Positions 19,452 to 29,028 are shown, counted from the stretch's first letter. The stretch: 59,226 nt of DNA from Alphaproteobacteria bacterium (GCA_017471805.1 JAFURS010000044.1:1-59226); one strand, 5' to 3'. Notes: a model not told the origin generated them from the letters alone. A program made the numbers and translations.

Positions 19452-20102
19452 ATGGCAACAATGCTGGAACGAAATAAAAATGTCAAAGCACCTAAGAAAA
19501 CACGGGCAGAACATATGGAAGATGCATTATACCGTGAAGTATGGGAAGATGTTAATAATGAAAAAACTATGCAGTTCCTTAAAAAATATTCCAAGCATAT
19601 TATGGCAACTGCGTTGGCAATCCTAATTGTTGCAACAGGCGTGCAAATCGGTATCAGAACACATAATGCTAATAAAATCGCAACAGCCGTCGCATATGAA
19701 ACAGCCGTCGAAAATGTCGACGCAGATGCATTGGCGGGTTTGGCAAAAAATTCATCAGGCGCAACCGCTGATTTGGCTATGTTCCAGGCATATATGTTGG
19801 ATTCTGATATGGAAAGGTTAGAATATTTGGCAAACAACGGAAATACACGGGATTTTCGTGACCTGGCAAAACTGCACATCGTCGGTGTGCGTGGAAATGA
19901 TATGAGCGCAAAACAAGTCGAAGATTATTTGGATGACCTGGATACAAAAAGTTCACCTTTTTATTACACGGCATCTTTGACCATCGCACAGAAATACCTG
20001 GCAGATGGGGATGTCGAGACGGCTAATAAATGGCTGGATAAAATCATAAACGACAAAGACGCACCAGATGTTATTTCTGGGACTGCACAAAGCATCAGAT
20101 AA
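19452..20102 (+). CDS. YfgM-like membrane-anchored TPR protein
   Basis: It has an N-terminal TM anchor and a helical-repeat domain. It lies directly upstream of a BamB-like gene, as in the yfgM-bamB arrangement. Confidence 0.5.
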   Translation: MATMLERNKNVKAPKKTRAEHMEDALYREVWEDVNNEKTMQFLKKYSKHIMATALAILIVATGVQIGIRTHNANKIATAVAYETAVENVDADALAGLAKNSSGATADLAMFQAYMLDSDMERLEYLANNGNTRDFRDLAKLHIVGVRGNDMSAKQVEDYLDDLDTKSSPFYYTASLTIAQKYLADGDVETANKWLDKIINDKDAPDVISGTAQSIR

Positions 20103-20118
20103 TAACAGGACATAAACA

Positions 20119-20853
20119 ATGCGCAAAATTACAGCGATTTTTTGTGGAATTTTGGCGTTGACGGCGTGTGATAAGCACGACCCAATACTGCCAGGGGTGC
20201 GAACACCAATTTTTAATACCGGTGGAATCGATGTCAAAAACAAGGATATTGACGTCGCACCAAGCGCAGAAATCGTTTTGAATAATTCAGAATGTCCATA
20301 TACCCAAGATTCTTCGAATGTCATTTGGGACGGAAATCGAAAAATTTTTAGCGGTTTCGCAACAAACAATACCGTTCAAGCACAAATGCGCCCAATTTGC
20401 AGTGGAAAATATATCTATGCCGGATTGACCACGGGCGAAGTCATCAAATTAAATCCTAAAAGTCGCAAAATTGTCTGGATTGCGGATATATATCGGGCAA
20501 GTAATTTAACTGGTGGGGCGGCAATGGTGGATATCGTTGCGCCAATTGTGCCGGTTAAAAACTGGGTCTTTGCGGGGGGACTGGGTGATGCGTTTTGCAA
20601 ACTGAGTGCGACGTCGGGGGATAAAAAGTGGTGTCTGGAAATTGGTGTTGCACATCCGTTTGCAATAACCGAAAAATACGCATTTGTCGTTGGGACTGAT
20701 AAATATCTGTATGCCATTGAAAACAGCACCGGCGACGTGTTTTGGCGTTCCAAGGTCGAAGTGCCGCAAAAGCCAAAATATGAAAACGGACAGATTTTTG
20801 TCGGTGACGAAGTGTTCGATGTGAAAAACGGTAAAAAAATACTGGACAAATAA
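20119..20853 (+). CDS. bamB: BamB-like PQQ-repeat lipoprotein (short, 244 aa)
   Basis: It has the lipobox ILALTAC and about four PQQ/beta-propeller-like repeats (e.g. LYAIENSTGDVFWRSKV, FCKLSATSGDKKWCLEI). Confidence 0.6.
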   Translation: MRKITAIFCGILALTACDKHDPILPGVRTPIFNTGGIDVKNKDIDVAPSAEIVLNNSECPYTQDSSNVIWDGNRKIFSGFATNNTVQAQMRPICSGKYIYAGLTTGEVIKLNPKSRKIVWIADIYRASNLTGGAAMVDIVAPIVPVKNWVFAGGLGDAFCKLSATSGDKKWCLEIGVAHPFAITEKYAFVVGTDKYLYAIENSTGDVFWRSKVEVPQKPKYENGQIFVGDEVFDVKNGKKILDK

Positions 20854-20891
20854 AAAAAATTATTATATTATTCGTCCGCTAATACGGCATT

Positions 20892-20968
20892 GGGTGTTTA
20901 GCTCAGTTGATTAGAGCATCTCGTTTACACCGAGAGGGTCGGGGGTTTGAGTCCCTCAACACCCACCA
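20892..20968 (+). tRNA. tRNA-Val (anticodon TAC)
   Basis: The cloverleaf was folded by hand: acceptor GGGTGTT/AACACCC, anticodon loop TTTACAC, and an encoded CCA. The D-loop reads AGTTGATTA and the T-loop TTTGAGT. Confidence 0.9.
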
Positions 20969-20974
20969 AAGTTT

Positions 20975-20998
20975 CCCGCCAAATGGCGGATTTTTTTT
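20975..20998 (+). terminator. Intrinsic terminator after tRNA-Val
   Basis: CCGCC-AAAT-GGCGG is followed by T8. Confidence 0.65.
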
Positions 20999-21034
20999 GG
21001 AAATATTAACAAGATATAATTCTGTGGGTTTAAT

Positions 21035-21247
21035 ATGAAAAGTAATATAAAAGAATTTTTAAAAGATATGGCAATTTGTGGCGTGGCGTTCGCCGTTGTT
21101 ATGCATATACATTCTGTGTTGGGTGGAACCGAGAAAAAGCCTGTTGAAAAAAAGTCGCCAAGGATTGAACAGGTGGATTCTGTGTCGAAAAAAATCGACA
21201 ATGTAAAAAAACGGGCAATTATCGAAACAAATACAAAAACAAAATAA
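21035..21247 (+). CDS. Small membrane-anchored hypothetical protein (70 aa)
   Basis: It has one hydrophobic helix and a Lys-rich tail, and a terminator follows. No family was recognised. Confidence 0.4.
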   Translation: MKSNIKEFLKDMAICGVAFAVVMHIHSVLGGTEKKPVEKKSPRIEQVDSVSKKIDNVKKRAIIETNTKTK

Positions 21248-21255
21248 TAAAATAT

Positions 21256-21281
21256 GCGCCCGAATGTGGGCGCTTTTTTTT
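21256..21281 (+). terminator. Intrinsic terminator
   Basis: GCGCCC-loop-GGGCGC is followed by T8. Confidence 0.65.
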
Positions 21282-21298
21282 CACACAAAGGGGATTGT

Positions 21299-22264
21299 AT
21301 GATTTTTGAAAAAAAATGGTTCTTGTATAAAATGAATAAGTTTGCACCCAAGGGATATAAATTTGTTCAAACCGGACCAGACGGACAAATCGCAATGTTC
21401 GCAGAACAATTTATGGGAACACAGGATGCAAAGGGACCGTTTGTGTCGTGCTTTTCATTTGATTTGCTGGATACTGTTTATGGCGGTCTGATGTTGCGCA
21501 GGTCTGCAAAAATAAATCAGGCATACACATTGGGGGATTATATTTATCCAACCGAAATTTCACGTGCGCCCCACTTTGCCCCAGACCAAGAAACCGCCGA
21601 TGCCCAGGACGGAAAATACGAAATTTACAAAACAGTCGTTTCACAACATATTGGCGAACACGGAAAACCATTAGCGTTTTTTATGAAAAAGAACGCTGTC
21701 TTGATGCAGGCATTACAGGACGCAAATCAACCACTGCCAGAATATCTGGCAAAACGTATGAATAATTATGTTAACAAATCAACCTGGTATGCGATTTCAC
21801 GTGTGTTCTCGCAGATGCCAATATGTGATATGAAATACTATCAGAATCTGTTCCGGAAAAAAATGAACGAACTGGGGATAGAAGATAAAAACGATACAAC
21901 ACCTGTTAATAAAATTATTATGGAACGGCGTTTTAATGCACTGGCGGGCGAAATAGAACGGTTGGTGTATGACGTATTGCCAAAACAAGAAAAATCACTG
22001 CAACGGGCAAAAGAAAAAGAACAAACGCCTGAAAAAATTCAAAGTCTGCAAGACCAGGTGAACAACACAAATGAAAAACTGGCAGAATTAAAACGCACAC
22101 AACAAGAAATCTTGCCGGAAATAAATAAACAGCCGGCACGTGAAATTCTGAGTGACCAGTTCTGGCACAAAGGAAAGCCGATCGTGCCAACAATTTCAAA
22201 AAATCCTGTTATGCAAATGATTCAAATGGCCTTGATGCGTCGGCATAGTGTTAAACAAAAATAA
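21299..22264 (+). CDS. Hypothetical protein with C-terminal coiled-coil region
   Basis: It is a long ORF. The start is moved to the ATG after AAGGGGA, because the upstream extension overlaps a terminator hairpin. No family was recognised. Confidence 0.55.
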   Translation: MIFEKKWFLYKMNKFAPKGYKFVQTGPDGQIAMFAEQFMGTQDAKGPFVSCFSFDLLDTVYGGLMLRRSAKINQAYTLGDYIYPTEISRAPHFAPDQETADAQDGKYEIYKTVVSQHIGEHGKPLAFFMKKNAVLMQALQDANQPLPEYLAKRMNNYVNKSTWYAISRVFSQMPICDMKYYQNLFRKKMNELGIEDKNDTTPVNKIIMERRFNALAGEIERLVYDVLPKQEKSLQRAKEKEQTPEKIQSLQDQVNNTNEKLAELKRTQQEILPEINKQPAREILSDQFWHKGKPIVPTISKNPVMQMIQMALMRRHSVKQK

Positions 22265-22351
22265 ATATACCCCACTGGGGTATTTATTTTTTGTGTTTTA
22301 CAAATTTATAGTTTAGAATATTTTTCAGAATCACAAAACAAAGGGGGAAAT

Positions 22352-22990
22352 ATGAAAAAATTAGTATCGCTATTGGCTGTGACTGCACTGGTTGCAGGAT
22401 GCACAACGGTTAATCCATATACAGGACAAACCCAGACAGCAAAATCAACCTGGGGGACGGTAATTGGTGCAACAACTGGCGCATTGGTTGGCAGCACACA
22501 AAGCAGCAAAGGCGCACTGATTGGCGGATTGGCCGGGGCGGCCGTTGGTGGTGGCGTTGGATATTATCTGGACGCACAGGCGGCAGAATTACGGGCAGAA
22601 CTGGTTTCAACAGGAGTTCAGGTAATCGAAGATAACGACAGCATTCGCTTGATTATGCCAGGCAATATCACTTTCAAAACAGATTCGGCCGATATTAACG
22701 CATCTTTCTATCCGGTGTTAAATTCTGTGGCAAAGGTTCTTAATAAATACGACAATTCAACAGTTATGGTTTCAGGTCACACAGACAGCACAGGCAGTGC
22801 AGAATATAACCTGAATCTGTCACGTGAACGTGCGCAATCTGTTGCATCATATTTGCAAGGACAAAAGGTAAAATCATCACGATTTGAAGTGTTGGGTATG
22901 GGGTCGTCTAACCCAATTGCATCAAACGCAAATGCAAATGGACGTGCGCAAAACCGTCGTGTTGAAATAAAAATTATTCCAAATAAATAA
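22352..22990 (+). CDS. OmpA-family lipoprotein with glycine-zipper region
   Basis: It has the lipobox LVAGC, a Gly-zipper (GALIGGLAGAAVGGGVGYY), and an OmpA C-like domain (VSGHTDSTGSAEYNLNLSRERAQSV...NRRVEI). Confidence 0.85.
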   Translation: MKKLVSLLAVTALVAGCTTVNPYTGQTQTAKSTWGTVIGATTGALVGSTQSSKGALIGGLAGAAVGGGVGYYLDAQAAELRAELVSTGVQVIEDNDSIRLIMPGNITFKTDSADINASFYPVLNSVAKVLNKYDNSTVMVSGHTDSTGSAEYNLNLSRERAQSVASYLQGQKVKSSRFEVLGMGSSNPIASNANANGRAQNRRVEIKIIPNK

Positions 22991-22997
22991 CAAATAT

Positions 22998-23026
22998 AAA
23001 TCCCCGGGATTTCCGGGGATTTTTTA
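22998..23026. terminator. Bidirectional terminator between convergent genes
   Basis: ATCCCCGG-loop-CCGGGGAT is flanked by an A-rich tract and a T-tract. Confidence 0.65.
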
Positions 23027-23041
23027 TTCTTGGTTATTATC

Positions 23042-24112
23042 TTATGTAAGTGCAGATGTAATCTGGTCCTGCATTTGGAATGTCCCCAGAACAACCCAGG
23101 CAATTATCCCAGATACAAGCAAAATCCCCAAACTGTTTAGTGTGTTTGATATTTTTTCCATCTTGCGAACAGATTCGTTCAGATAGTCATTCGCAATTTG
23201 ATTCAAATTTGAATCAAATTCATTCATATCAGCATAAATTGTTAAGTCACCAATTATTTCTTCGTCTGGAAAATTACGACCAATATGCGTCAAGGCAACC
23301 CCAAGATTGTCACCGTTGGCAATATGACGAAGCGCCGCATCAAGAATACTGCGCAGATAACGATTTGCACTGTCGGCCAACATACGCATCGCATCAGGAA
23401 TCGCAACCCCAGAACCAACCATTGCCGCCAATGACATTAACCAACCAACAGATACCTGAATCTTATAAATATTCCACGGGGGCAATTTATCAAAAATTAC
23501 ACGCAGACGTCCCGACCAATTCGCCATACTTAGCCATATTACAGATACAATAACTGCAAAGACAACCAAAAACAGATACCAATACTGAATCGAAAATTCA
23601 GACAGCCATACCAACGACCGGGCGGCACCACGCCACACAACACCGTCACCAGCAATTTCTGCAAGCGGTGGAACAAGGTAAAGGCCAACCATTATAATTA
23701 TTCCAAATGTCAATGCCAGCAAGAACATAGGATAACCAATCGCTGATGACATCGCACGACGAATCCGCTGGGTCCCAGATACAACACGACCAACATTTTC
23801 CAGCGCAATAACCAGATTTGATAAATTACCACTTGTGACCAGTAATGTTTCATTTAATGGAACCCAGCCACGGGTAGCCTCGGAAAAAGTCATACCACGT
23901 TCCAGATTCTGTTGCCATTGGCGCATTACAATCGCAAAGGGTTCGTGCGGTTTTTTGCCATTTTTGGATTCAATCATTTCCAGACGTTCCAAGGCATCTA
24001 TCAGTGTAAAATCATTGCGCAATAATGACGCCAGTTTGCGACATATGGCCATACGCTTTTCCGTGTCCAGTCTGAAAACAAGTTTGGCATACAACAGTTC
24101 AAGTTTATTCAT
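23042..24112 (-). CDS. GspF/PilC-family inner-membrane platform protein (R64 PilR-like position)
   Basis: It is a polytopic membrane protein with the duplicated T2SS-F architecture. Its start overlaps the ATPase stop. Confidence 0.8.
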   Translation of the reverse strand: MNKLELLYAKLVFRLDTEKRMAICRKLASLLRNDFTLIDALERLEMIESKNGKKPHEPFAIVMRQWQQNLERGMTFSEATRGWVPLNETLLVTSGNLSNLVIALENVGRVVSGTQRIRRAMSSAIGYPMFLLALTFGIIIMVGLYLVPPLAEIAGDGVVWRGAARSLVWLSEFSIQYWYLFLVVFAVIVSVIWLSMANWSGRLRVIFDKLPPWNIYKIQVSVGWLMSLAAMVGSGVAIPDAMRMLADSANRYLRSILDAALRHIANGDNLGVALTHIGRNFPDEEIIGDLTIYADMNEFDSNLNQIANDYLNESVRKMEKISNTLNSLGILLVSGIIAWVVLGTFQMQDQITSALT

Positions 24113-24113
24113 A

Positions 24114-25751
24114 CTAATACGCCCCCGGCTGATCAAGTTGGCCGACCCAACGTTCAAGTTCATCAACACTGATTATGCCCTGCAACATTAGCGAGGTGGC
24201 GGCCTCTTTCAACGTGCGACCGTCCATTTCTTCTAACCAATAACGAACGGCACCGTCGGTGTTCCCAGACAGGGCAAGACGTAAAAATTCACTGTTTGTG
24301 ATAATAATTTCCCCTGCCTTGACACGACCAATTGTGCCGGACCCCTTGCAATGAGGGCAACCGGGGCCACGCAGATAAACCTGCGAAATGCCGATTTCGC
24401 CATACGCATCCATTACACGACGATATGCGCCACGTTCAGGATGATTCGACAAAGGTTCACGACAATGCGGACAGACCTTTTTGAACAGGCGCATAGACAC
24501 CAAACCACGCATCAAGGTTTCTTCTTTTAACTTAAAAGATTCAACCCCCAGGTCAAGCAGACGGGTCAAGGCCGCCATAGCAGAATTTGCGTGCAGAGTT
24601 GTCCAAACATTATGACCAGACAATGCGCCACGGACCGTTAATTCCGCCGCAGCCAATGTGCGAATTTCGCCAACCATCAAGGTGTCAGGGTCACTGCGCA
24701 AGGCGGCGGCCAGTGCTTCGACATATTTTTCTTCACGTTGTTCTTCGCTGGTGGTGTTGACCACAGGCATTTGACGGGCGCCAAAAATCTTTTGTTCTAC
24801 GGGATTTTCAACCGTTATCATATTTATTTCGTAATTATGTTCCTTTAACATCAGGGACATATTGCGGACAAGTGTTGTTGATTTACCAGAACTGGTGGGA
24901 CCCGCCACAATTACCAGACCGGTTGGAAATGAACGCAGGCGTGCCAATAAACGCTGTTCATAGGGGCCAAATTCTTGTTCTGTCTTGATACCTTCGGACG
25001 GATTGTCATACAGCAGGCGCATAACCGCATAACGTGTTCCAAATGCAATCGGATTAAACTGCATACGGACCGCCAATACACCCGACGGCAGATATAAATC
25101 CTTGGTCCCACGCAGGGGGGTGCGACCGTCTTTCTGGGCAGACTGATATTCATTAACGGCATAGTTGACATTTGATATATCAGATGACGCAAATGCAGCA
25201 CGTAAAAATGTCTCGCCCCAGTGGGTGTTGTATTCCATAACAGGTTGCATACTGCCGTCAATACGAAAGAATATTGTTGTTTGGTCGGCAACCTCGATAT
25301 GAATATCTGATACCTTTTGAGATGCAGCCTTGGCAATTATGTCAACAAAGTCTTTTTGCATCTGGTTGTCAAAGTCAGAACGATTGCTACCACCAGAACC
25401 AATATGCATTTCATTTGATTTGTATATGTTTGAAATCAGCCCCAGGTCAGAATAAAATGGCGAACGCATCCGACGACCACGACGACGCAATAATTCTAAA
25501 AATGATAACACACGGCCGTCATAGCGGTGCGTGCGTGATATTATTATTTCCCCACCAGAAAAATACGCAATCAGATTCTGGGTGTCACGGGGCAATTCAA
25601 GAACAGAACCCGTCGCCGTCAAAAGACGATTCCCATTAGAAAACAGATAGTCGATTATGTCCTTGGATTCAGAATTTTCCAGACCCGCCGGAATAGACGG
25701 CTGGTCAGTAATGTCAACAAATTCTGAATTTTCTGATTTCGTGCGCACCAT
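24114..25751 (-). CDS. GspE/PilB-family type II/IV secretion ATPase (R64 PilQ-like position)
   Basis: It has the Walker A GPTSSGKSTT, the Walker B region DTLMVGEIR, the His box GHNVWTTLHAN, and the tetracysteine CPHC...CPHC. Confidence 0.9.
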   Translation of the reverse strand: MVRTKSENSEFVDITDQPSIPAGLENSESKDIIDYLFSNGNRLLTATGSVLELPRDTQNLIAYFSGGEIIISRTHRYDGRVLSFLELLRRRGRRMRSPFYSDLGLISNIYKSNEMHIGSGGSNRSDFDNQMQKDFVDIIAKAASQKVSDIHIEVADQTTIFFRIDGSMQPVMEYNTHWGETFLRAAFASSDISNVNYAVNEYQSAQKDGRTPLRGTKDLYLPSGVLAVRMQFNPIAFGTRYAVMRLLYDNPSEGIKTEQEFGPYEQRLLARLRSFPTGLVIVAGPTSSGKSTTLVRNMSLMLKEHNYEINMITVENPVEQKIFGARQMPVVNTTSEEQREEKYVEALAAALRSDPDTLMVGEIRTLAAAELTVRGALSGHNVWTTLHANSAMAALTRLLDLGVESFKLKEETLMRGLVSMRLFKKVCPHCREPLSNHPERGAYRRVMDAYGEIGISQVYLRGPGCPHCKGSGTIGRVKAGEIIITNSEFLRLALSGNTDGAVRYWLEEMDGRTLKEAATSLMLQGIISVDELERWVGQLDQPGAY

Positions 25752-25754
25752 ATT

Positions 25755-26453
25755 TTATTTTCCGTTGCTGATGTTCAAATTCTGGGTTTTGCCATCGGAA
25801 TCTACAAAAACAACCCCGTCGTATAGCGATATAGATTTTACAGTCAAACCATCCAGTGTGCGACCAACACTAATGCGTTTGCTTTGACCGGTTTTCAAAT
25901 CTTCGATTGTTGCTTGTAATTGTGAGCCAGCACCAATAACATTTACCAAACGGTATTTCTTTGTTATATCAGCAGAGGCGTCTTCGTCGTCGTCATCGTC
26001 ATAGGTTTTCGATGATTTAGATGACTTTTTGTCGTCCTCTTCTTCCATTTTTGCCAGCCAGGAATCTTTCTCTTTTTCGATACGGGCGGCTTCGGCTTCT
26101 AGTTTTGCCTTTTGGGTTTCAATTTCCTGTTGCTGTTGTTCGGCACGGCCGGACAGTGTGTCAATTTCCATATGCAACTTAATCTTTTCAGCCGCAAGTC
26201 TGTCCAGTTCCAAATCCAATTGCGCACGTTCTTTTTCCAACTGCATAAGAACTTTTTCCTGTTCCAGGTCGGTTATCTGTTGAAACAAGGAACCGTCAAC
26301 ATCATAATCTGCAACCGCATCGGCAGACGCCTGTTCCAGGTCAATGTCCAAGACTTCTTCTGCGACAACAACATCGGCACAATGACCAACATTTACAACA
26401 GATAAAATGCCACAGAATATTAAACCAATTAAAAATTTGCCGTTATTTTGCAT
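25755..26453 (-). CDS. PilP-like coiled-coil periplasmic protein
   Basis: It has a signal sequence, a long Glu/Gln-rich coiled coil, and an acidic linker (DDDDDED). The C-terminal beta-domain (YRLVNVIGAGSQLQATIEDLKTGQSKRISVGRTLDGLTVKSI) resembles plasmid-type PilP. It is translationally coupled on both sides. Confidence 0.45.
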   Translation of the reverse strand: MQNNGKFLIGLIFCGILSVVNVGHCADVVVAEEVLDIDLEQASADAVADYDVDGSLFQQITDLEQEKVLMQLEKERAQLDLELDRLAAEKIKLHMEIDTLSGRAEQQQQEIETQKAKLEAEAARIEKEKDSWLAKMEEEDDKKSSKSSKTYDDDDDEDASADITKKYRLVNVIGAGSQLQATIEDLKTGQSKRISVGRTLDGLTVKSISLYDGVVFVDSDGKTQNLNISNGK

Positions 26454-27705
26454 AGATTACTACCTCATAGTTCCAAGAACGTGAACGAACGTCCCACGAT
26501 GCCTGCATCAGATAAACGCCGCCAAATTCATCAAATATTTTCATAAACTGGGTTGGGATAAGTTTCGATGTGGCCCCAACTTCGACCACAGGGGTGGTCG
26601 CAATATCAACCCCGTTCGTCAGGGTGTCAATTACAACCTGGGTTTGGACAGGTGTATCAACCGACTGAAACAATGTCGTCACATCACGGACAACAGTGTC
26701 TGGGTCACGCTCGTCCTGGGAAGAATACACGTCCAGGGCCGGCAAGGTCGCACGAACACGCAATGTATCTTCGTCGATTTCTTCGACAAATGATGCCGGC
26801 ATTAAACCAGTTGCAATTTCATAAAATTCGCCAATTGTGCCAAAACTGCGCTGAAATTCAGCAGTGACGTGTGTTTCGCCGCACGTCGCAGAAACCTGAT
26901 TCCAACCAACAATTGGTTGCATTACAAAACCAATTGCCTGATAACACTGGGCGGCACGGTCCGCAACGTTTGGCAACAATTCGTATGGCATAACAATCGG
27001 TTCAGGTGGCAGTGTTTTTTCAATCTGGTATTCCTGGTCCAGTTTCTTGCTGCTTTCTTCGATTTGACGTTTGTATTCAGCAACTAATTCAGGGTCCAGT
27101 TTTGCAACCTGGGGACGTGGGGAAAAGGCCTGACGAATAGAATCGTGAAATATCAACCCTAACACCAGTGCAAATACACCCAACAATATCAAGGACACCA
27201 TACCGGCCCCCAGATAACTTATCGGGCGCAAAACAGCACGTGAACGACCACTTAACAAATCCGACAAATTACGTTCGGCGGCACGGGGCATACCCCACGA
27301 AGATGGCGCAAAAAACGCACCCCAATCAGGAATTTCAGATAATTTTACATATTCGGTGCGGGCGTCCGCTTCGGCATCAAAAACAGAATCTGCCAGAATT
27401 ATGCCATTGCGGGCCGCAACCAGATAATAATTTTGCCCGGTATAAAACACCGCTAAAAATGATGTGTATTCTGAAAAACTTTCCATCACTTCGGCCGCCG
27501 CACTGACCGTGCCAGAACGAACACCATTGCGACGTGACGCCAAACCAACCATACCACGGTATTCGGTGTAAAGGGTTAATTTCTTGTCAATATTCCTGGA
27601 TAAACTGCGGGCATAGGCACGGGACGCAAAACCCGCCCCAATTGGTTGCCACAATAAACCAACTGCGTATTTTTTACGGTTAACTGATATAAAATTATTG
27701 GCCAA
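26443..27705 (-). CDS. Type IVb PilO/PilO2-like bitopic membrane protein
   Basis: The N-terminal motif KKYAVGLLWQP, a single central TM helix, and its position before the PilP-like and ATPase genes support the call. The start is placed at the TTG at 27705, after GAGAGAGAG; the ORF could extend to 27750. Confidence 0.45.
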   Translation of the reverse strand: MANNFISVNRKKYAVGLLWQPIGAGFASRAYARSLSRNIDKKLTLYTEYRGMVGLASRRNGVRSGTVSAAAEVMESFSEYTSFLAVFYTGQNYYLVAARNGIILADSVFDAEADARTEYVKLSEIPDWGAFFAPSSWGMPRAAERNLSDLLSGRSRAVLRPISYLGAGMVSLILLGVFALVLGLIFHDSIRQAFSPRPQVAKLDPELVAEYKRQIEESSKKLDQEYQIEKTLPPEPIVMPYELLPNVADRAAQCYQAIGFVMQPIVGWNQVSATCGETHVTAEFQRSFGTIGEFYEIATGLMPASFVEEIDEDTLRVRATLPALDVYSSQDERDPDTVVRDVTTLFQSVDTPVQTQVVIDTLTNGVDIATTPVVEVGATSKLIPTQFMKIFDEFGGVYLMQASWDVRSRSWNYEVVIYAK

Positions 27706-27738
27706 TGAAACTCTCTCTCGACTGAATATTCTGGTGTA

Positions 27739-27747
27739 ATTATAACA
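27739..27747 (-). promoter_or_regulatory. Extended -10 element (TGTTATAAT) upstream of the PilO-like gene
   Basis: The minus strand reads TGTTATAAT about 35 nt upstream of the proposed TTG start. Confidence 0.35.
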
Positions 27748-27787
27748 CAAAAAATCGAACTAAGGCAAATAATAATAAAAGACTTTA

Positions 27788-27811
27788 TAAAAAAACGCCC
27801 CTTGGGGCGTT
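27788..27811 (-). terminator. Intrinsic terminator after macA-like gene
   Basis: ACGCCC-CTTG-GGGCGT begins 4 nt after the stop and is followed by a T-tract on the minus strand. Confidence 0.65.
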
Positions 27812-27813
27812 CT

Positions 27814-29028
27814 TTACATACGTGGACCACGCATAGGATTCATTCTTTGACCAGTGTTTGTTGATGTCTGGCCAACACGACCAACAATAATCTTGTCCCC
27901 CATTTCGATTTCATCCGATATGACTTCTGTTTCGGTGGCCGTGACCAGACCCTTGGTATAAGGGATAAAAACAACGTCGCCGTCACGCATAATCGCCAGA
28001 TGTGATGCAGGTGTGGCCCCGTTGATTTGTTCAGGGTCCAAGAAACGGTCAAAACTGCGGACCAAAAATGCAGAATTTGCCGCACGCCACGCATTTTCAC
28101 GTTCGGATATAACAATCGTCACAAACGCAGTCATACCCGGCATAAGACGCAAGTCTGTATTATCAACGTCAATCACAACCGTATAAACAACAACGTTGGA
28201 TGTTGTCGTTGGCGACAGGCGAACCTGACGAACAATACCATCAAATGTTTCACTGGGGTATGCATCAACAGTAAATGTGACAGGTTGACCTTCTTGGATG
28301 ACACCAATGTCAGCCTCGGATACGGCGGTTTCGATTTGCATTTTTGTTAAATCTTCGGCAATTTCAAACAAGTCGGGCGTCTGGAAAGATGCAGCAACAG
28401 TTTGACCAACGTCAACCTTGCGTGAGATTACAGTCCCATCAACCGGCGAAGAAATCGTTGCATAACCCAAATTTGTCACCGCACGATCATATGTCGATTG
28501 CGCACGCTTTACAGACTGTTCAGACTGTTCATATTGGGTTTGTTTTTGTTCCATTTCTGCACGTGAAATAAAACCTTCGTTATACAGCATTTTATCACGT
28601 TCATATTCACTTTTTGCGAAATTGCGTTGGGAAATCGTGCTGTCCAGTGACGCCTTGGCTTCGTCAACGGTGGCCTGTAAAACAGACGGTTCAATCGTTA
28701 ATAAAACATCGCCCTTTTTTACCTTGGAATTAAAATCTACATACAGGTTGTCAATTGTGCCAGATACCTGGGAACCAACATTGACGGTATTAACCGGCTG
28801 AATTTCACCGGTTGCAGTCACAACCTGGCGCAGGTCGCCACGGGTTATATTTATTGTGATGTATTCTGGTGCGCCAGTCGATGCACCACCAAAAATCAAA
28901 CGCAGTGCAACCAATACAGCGGCAACTAATAAAATCCACCATTTCTTGCGCCATATAAATGACCAAATACGACGAATAAACGAAGGCCGTTTTTGAAGTG
29001 GGGTTTTATTATTGTTTTTCTTGCTCAT
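27814..29028 (-). CDS. macA: HlyD-family periplasmic adaptor (MacA-like)
   Basis: It has an N-terminal TM anchor, a lipoyl/coiled-coil hairpin/beta-barrel layout, and motifs ATGEIQPVNTVNVGSQVSG and YATISSPVDGTV. Confidence 0.85.
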   Translation of the reverse strand: MSKKNNNKTPLQKRPSFIRRIWSFIWRKKWWILLVAAVLVALRLIFGGASTGAPEYITINITRGDLRQVVTATGEIQPVNTVNVGSQVSGTIDNLYVDFNSKVKKGDVLLTIEPSVLQATVDEAKASLDSTISQRNFAKSEYERDKMLYNEGFISRAEMEQKQTQYEQSEQSVKRAQSTYDRAVTNLGYATISSPVDGTVISRKVDVGQTVAASFQTPDLFEIAEDLTKMQIETAVSEADIGVIQEGQPVTFTVDAYPSETFDGIVRQVRLSPTTTSNVVVYTVVIDVDNTDLRLMPGMTAFVTIVISERENAWRAANSAFLVRSFDRFLDPEQINGATPASHLAIMRDGDVVFIPYTKGLVTATETEVISDEIEMGDKIIVGRVGQTSTNTGQRMNPMRGPRM

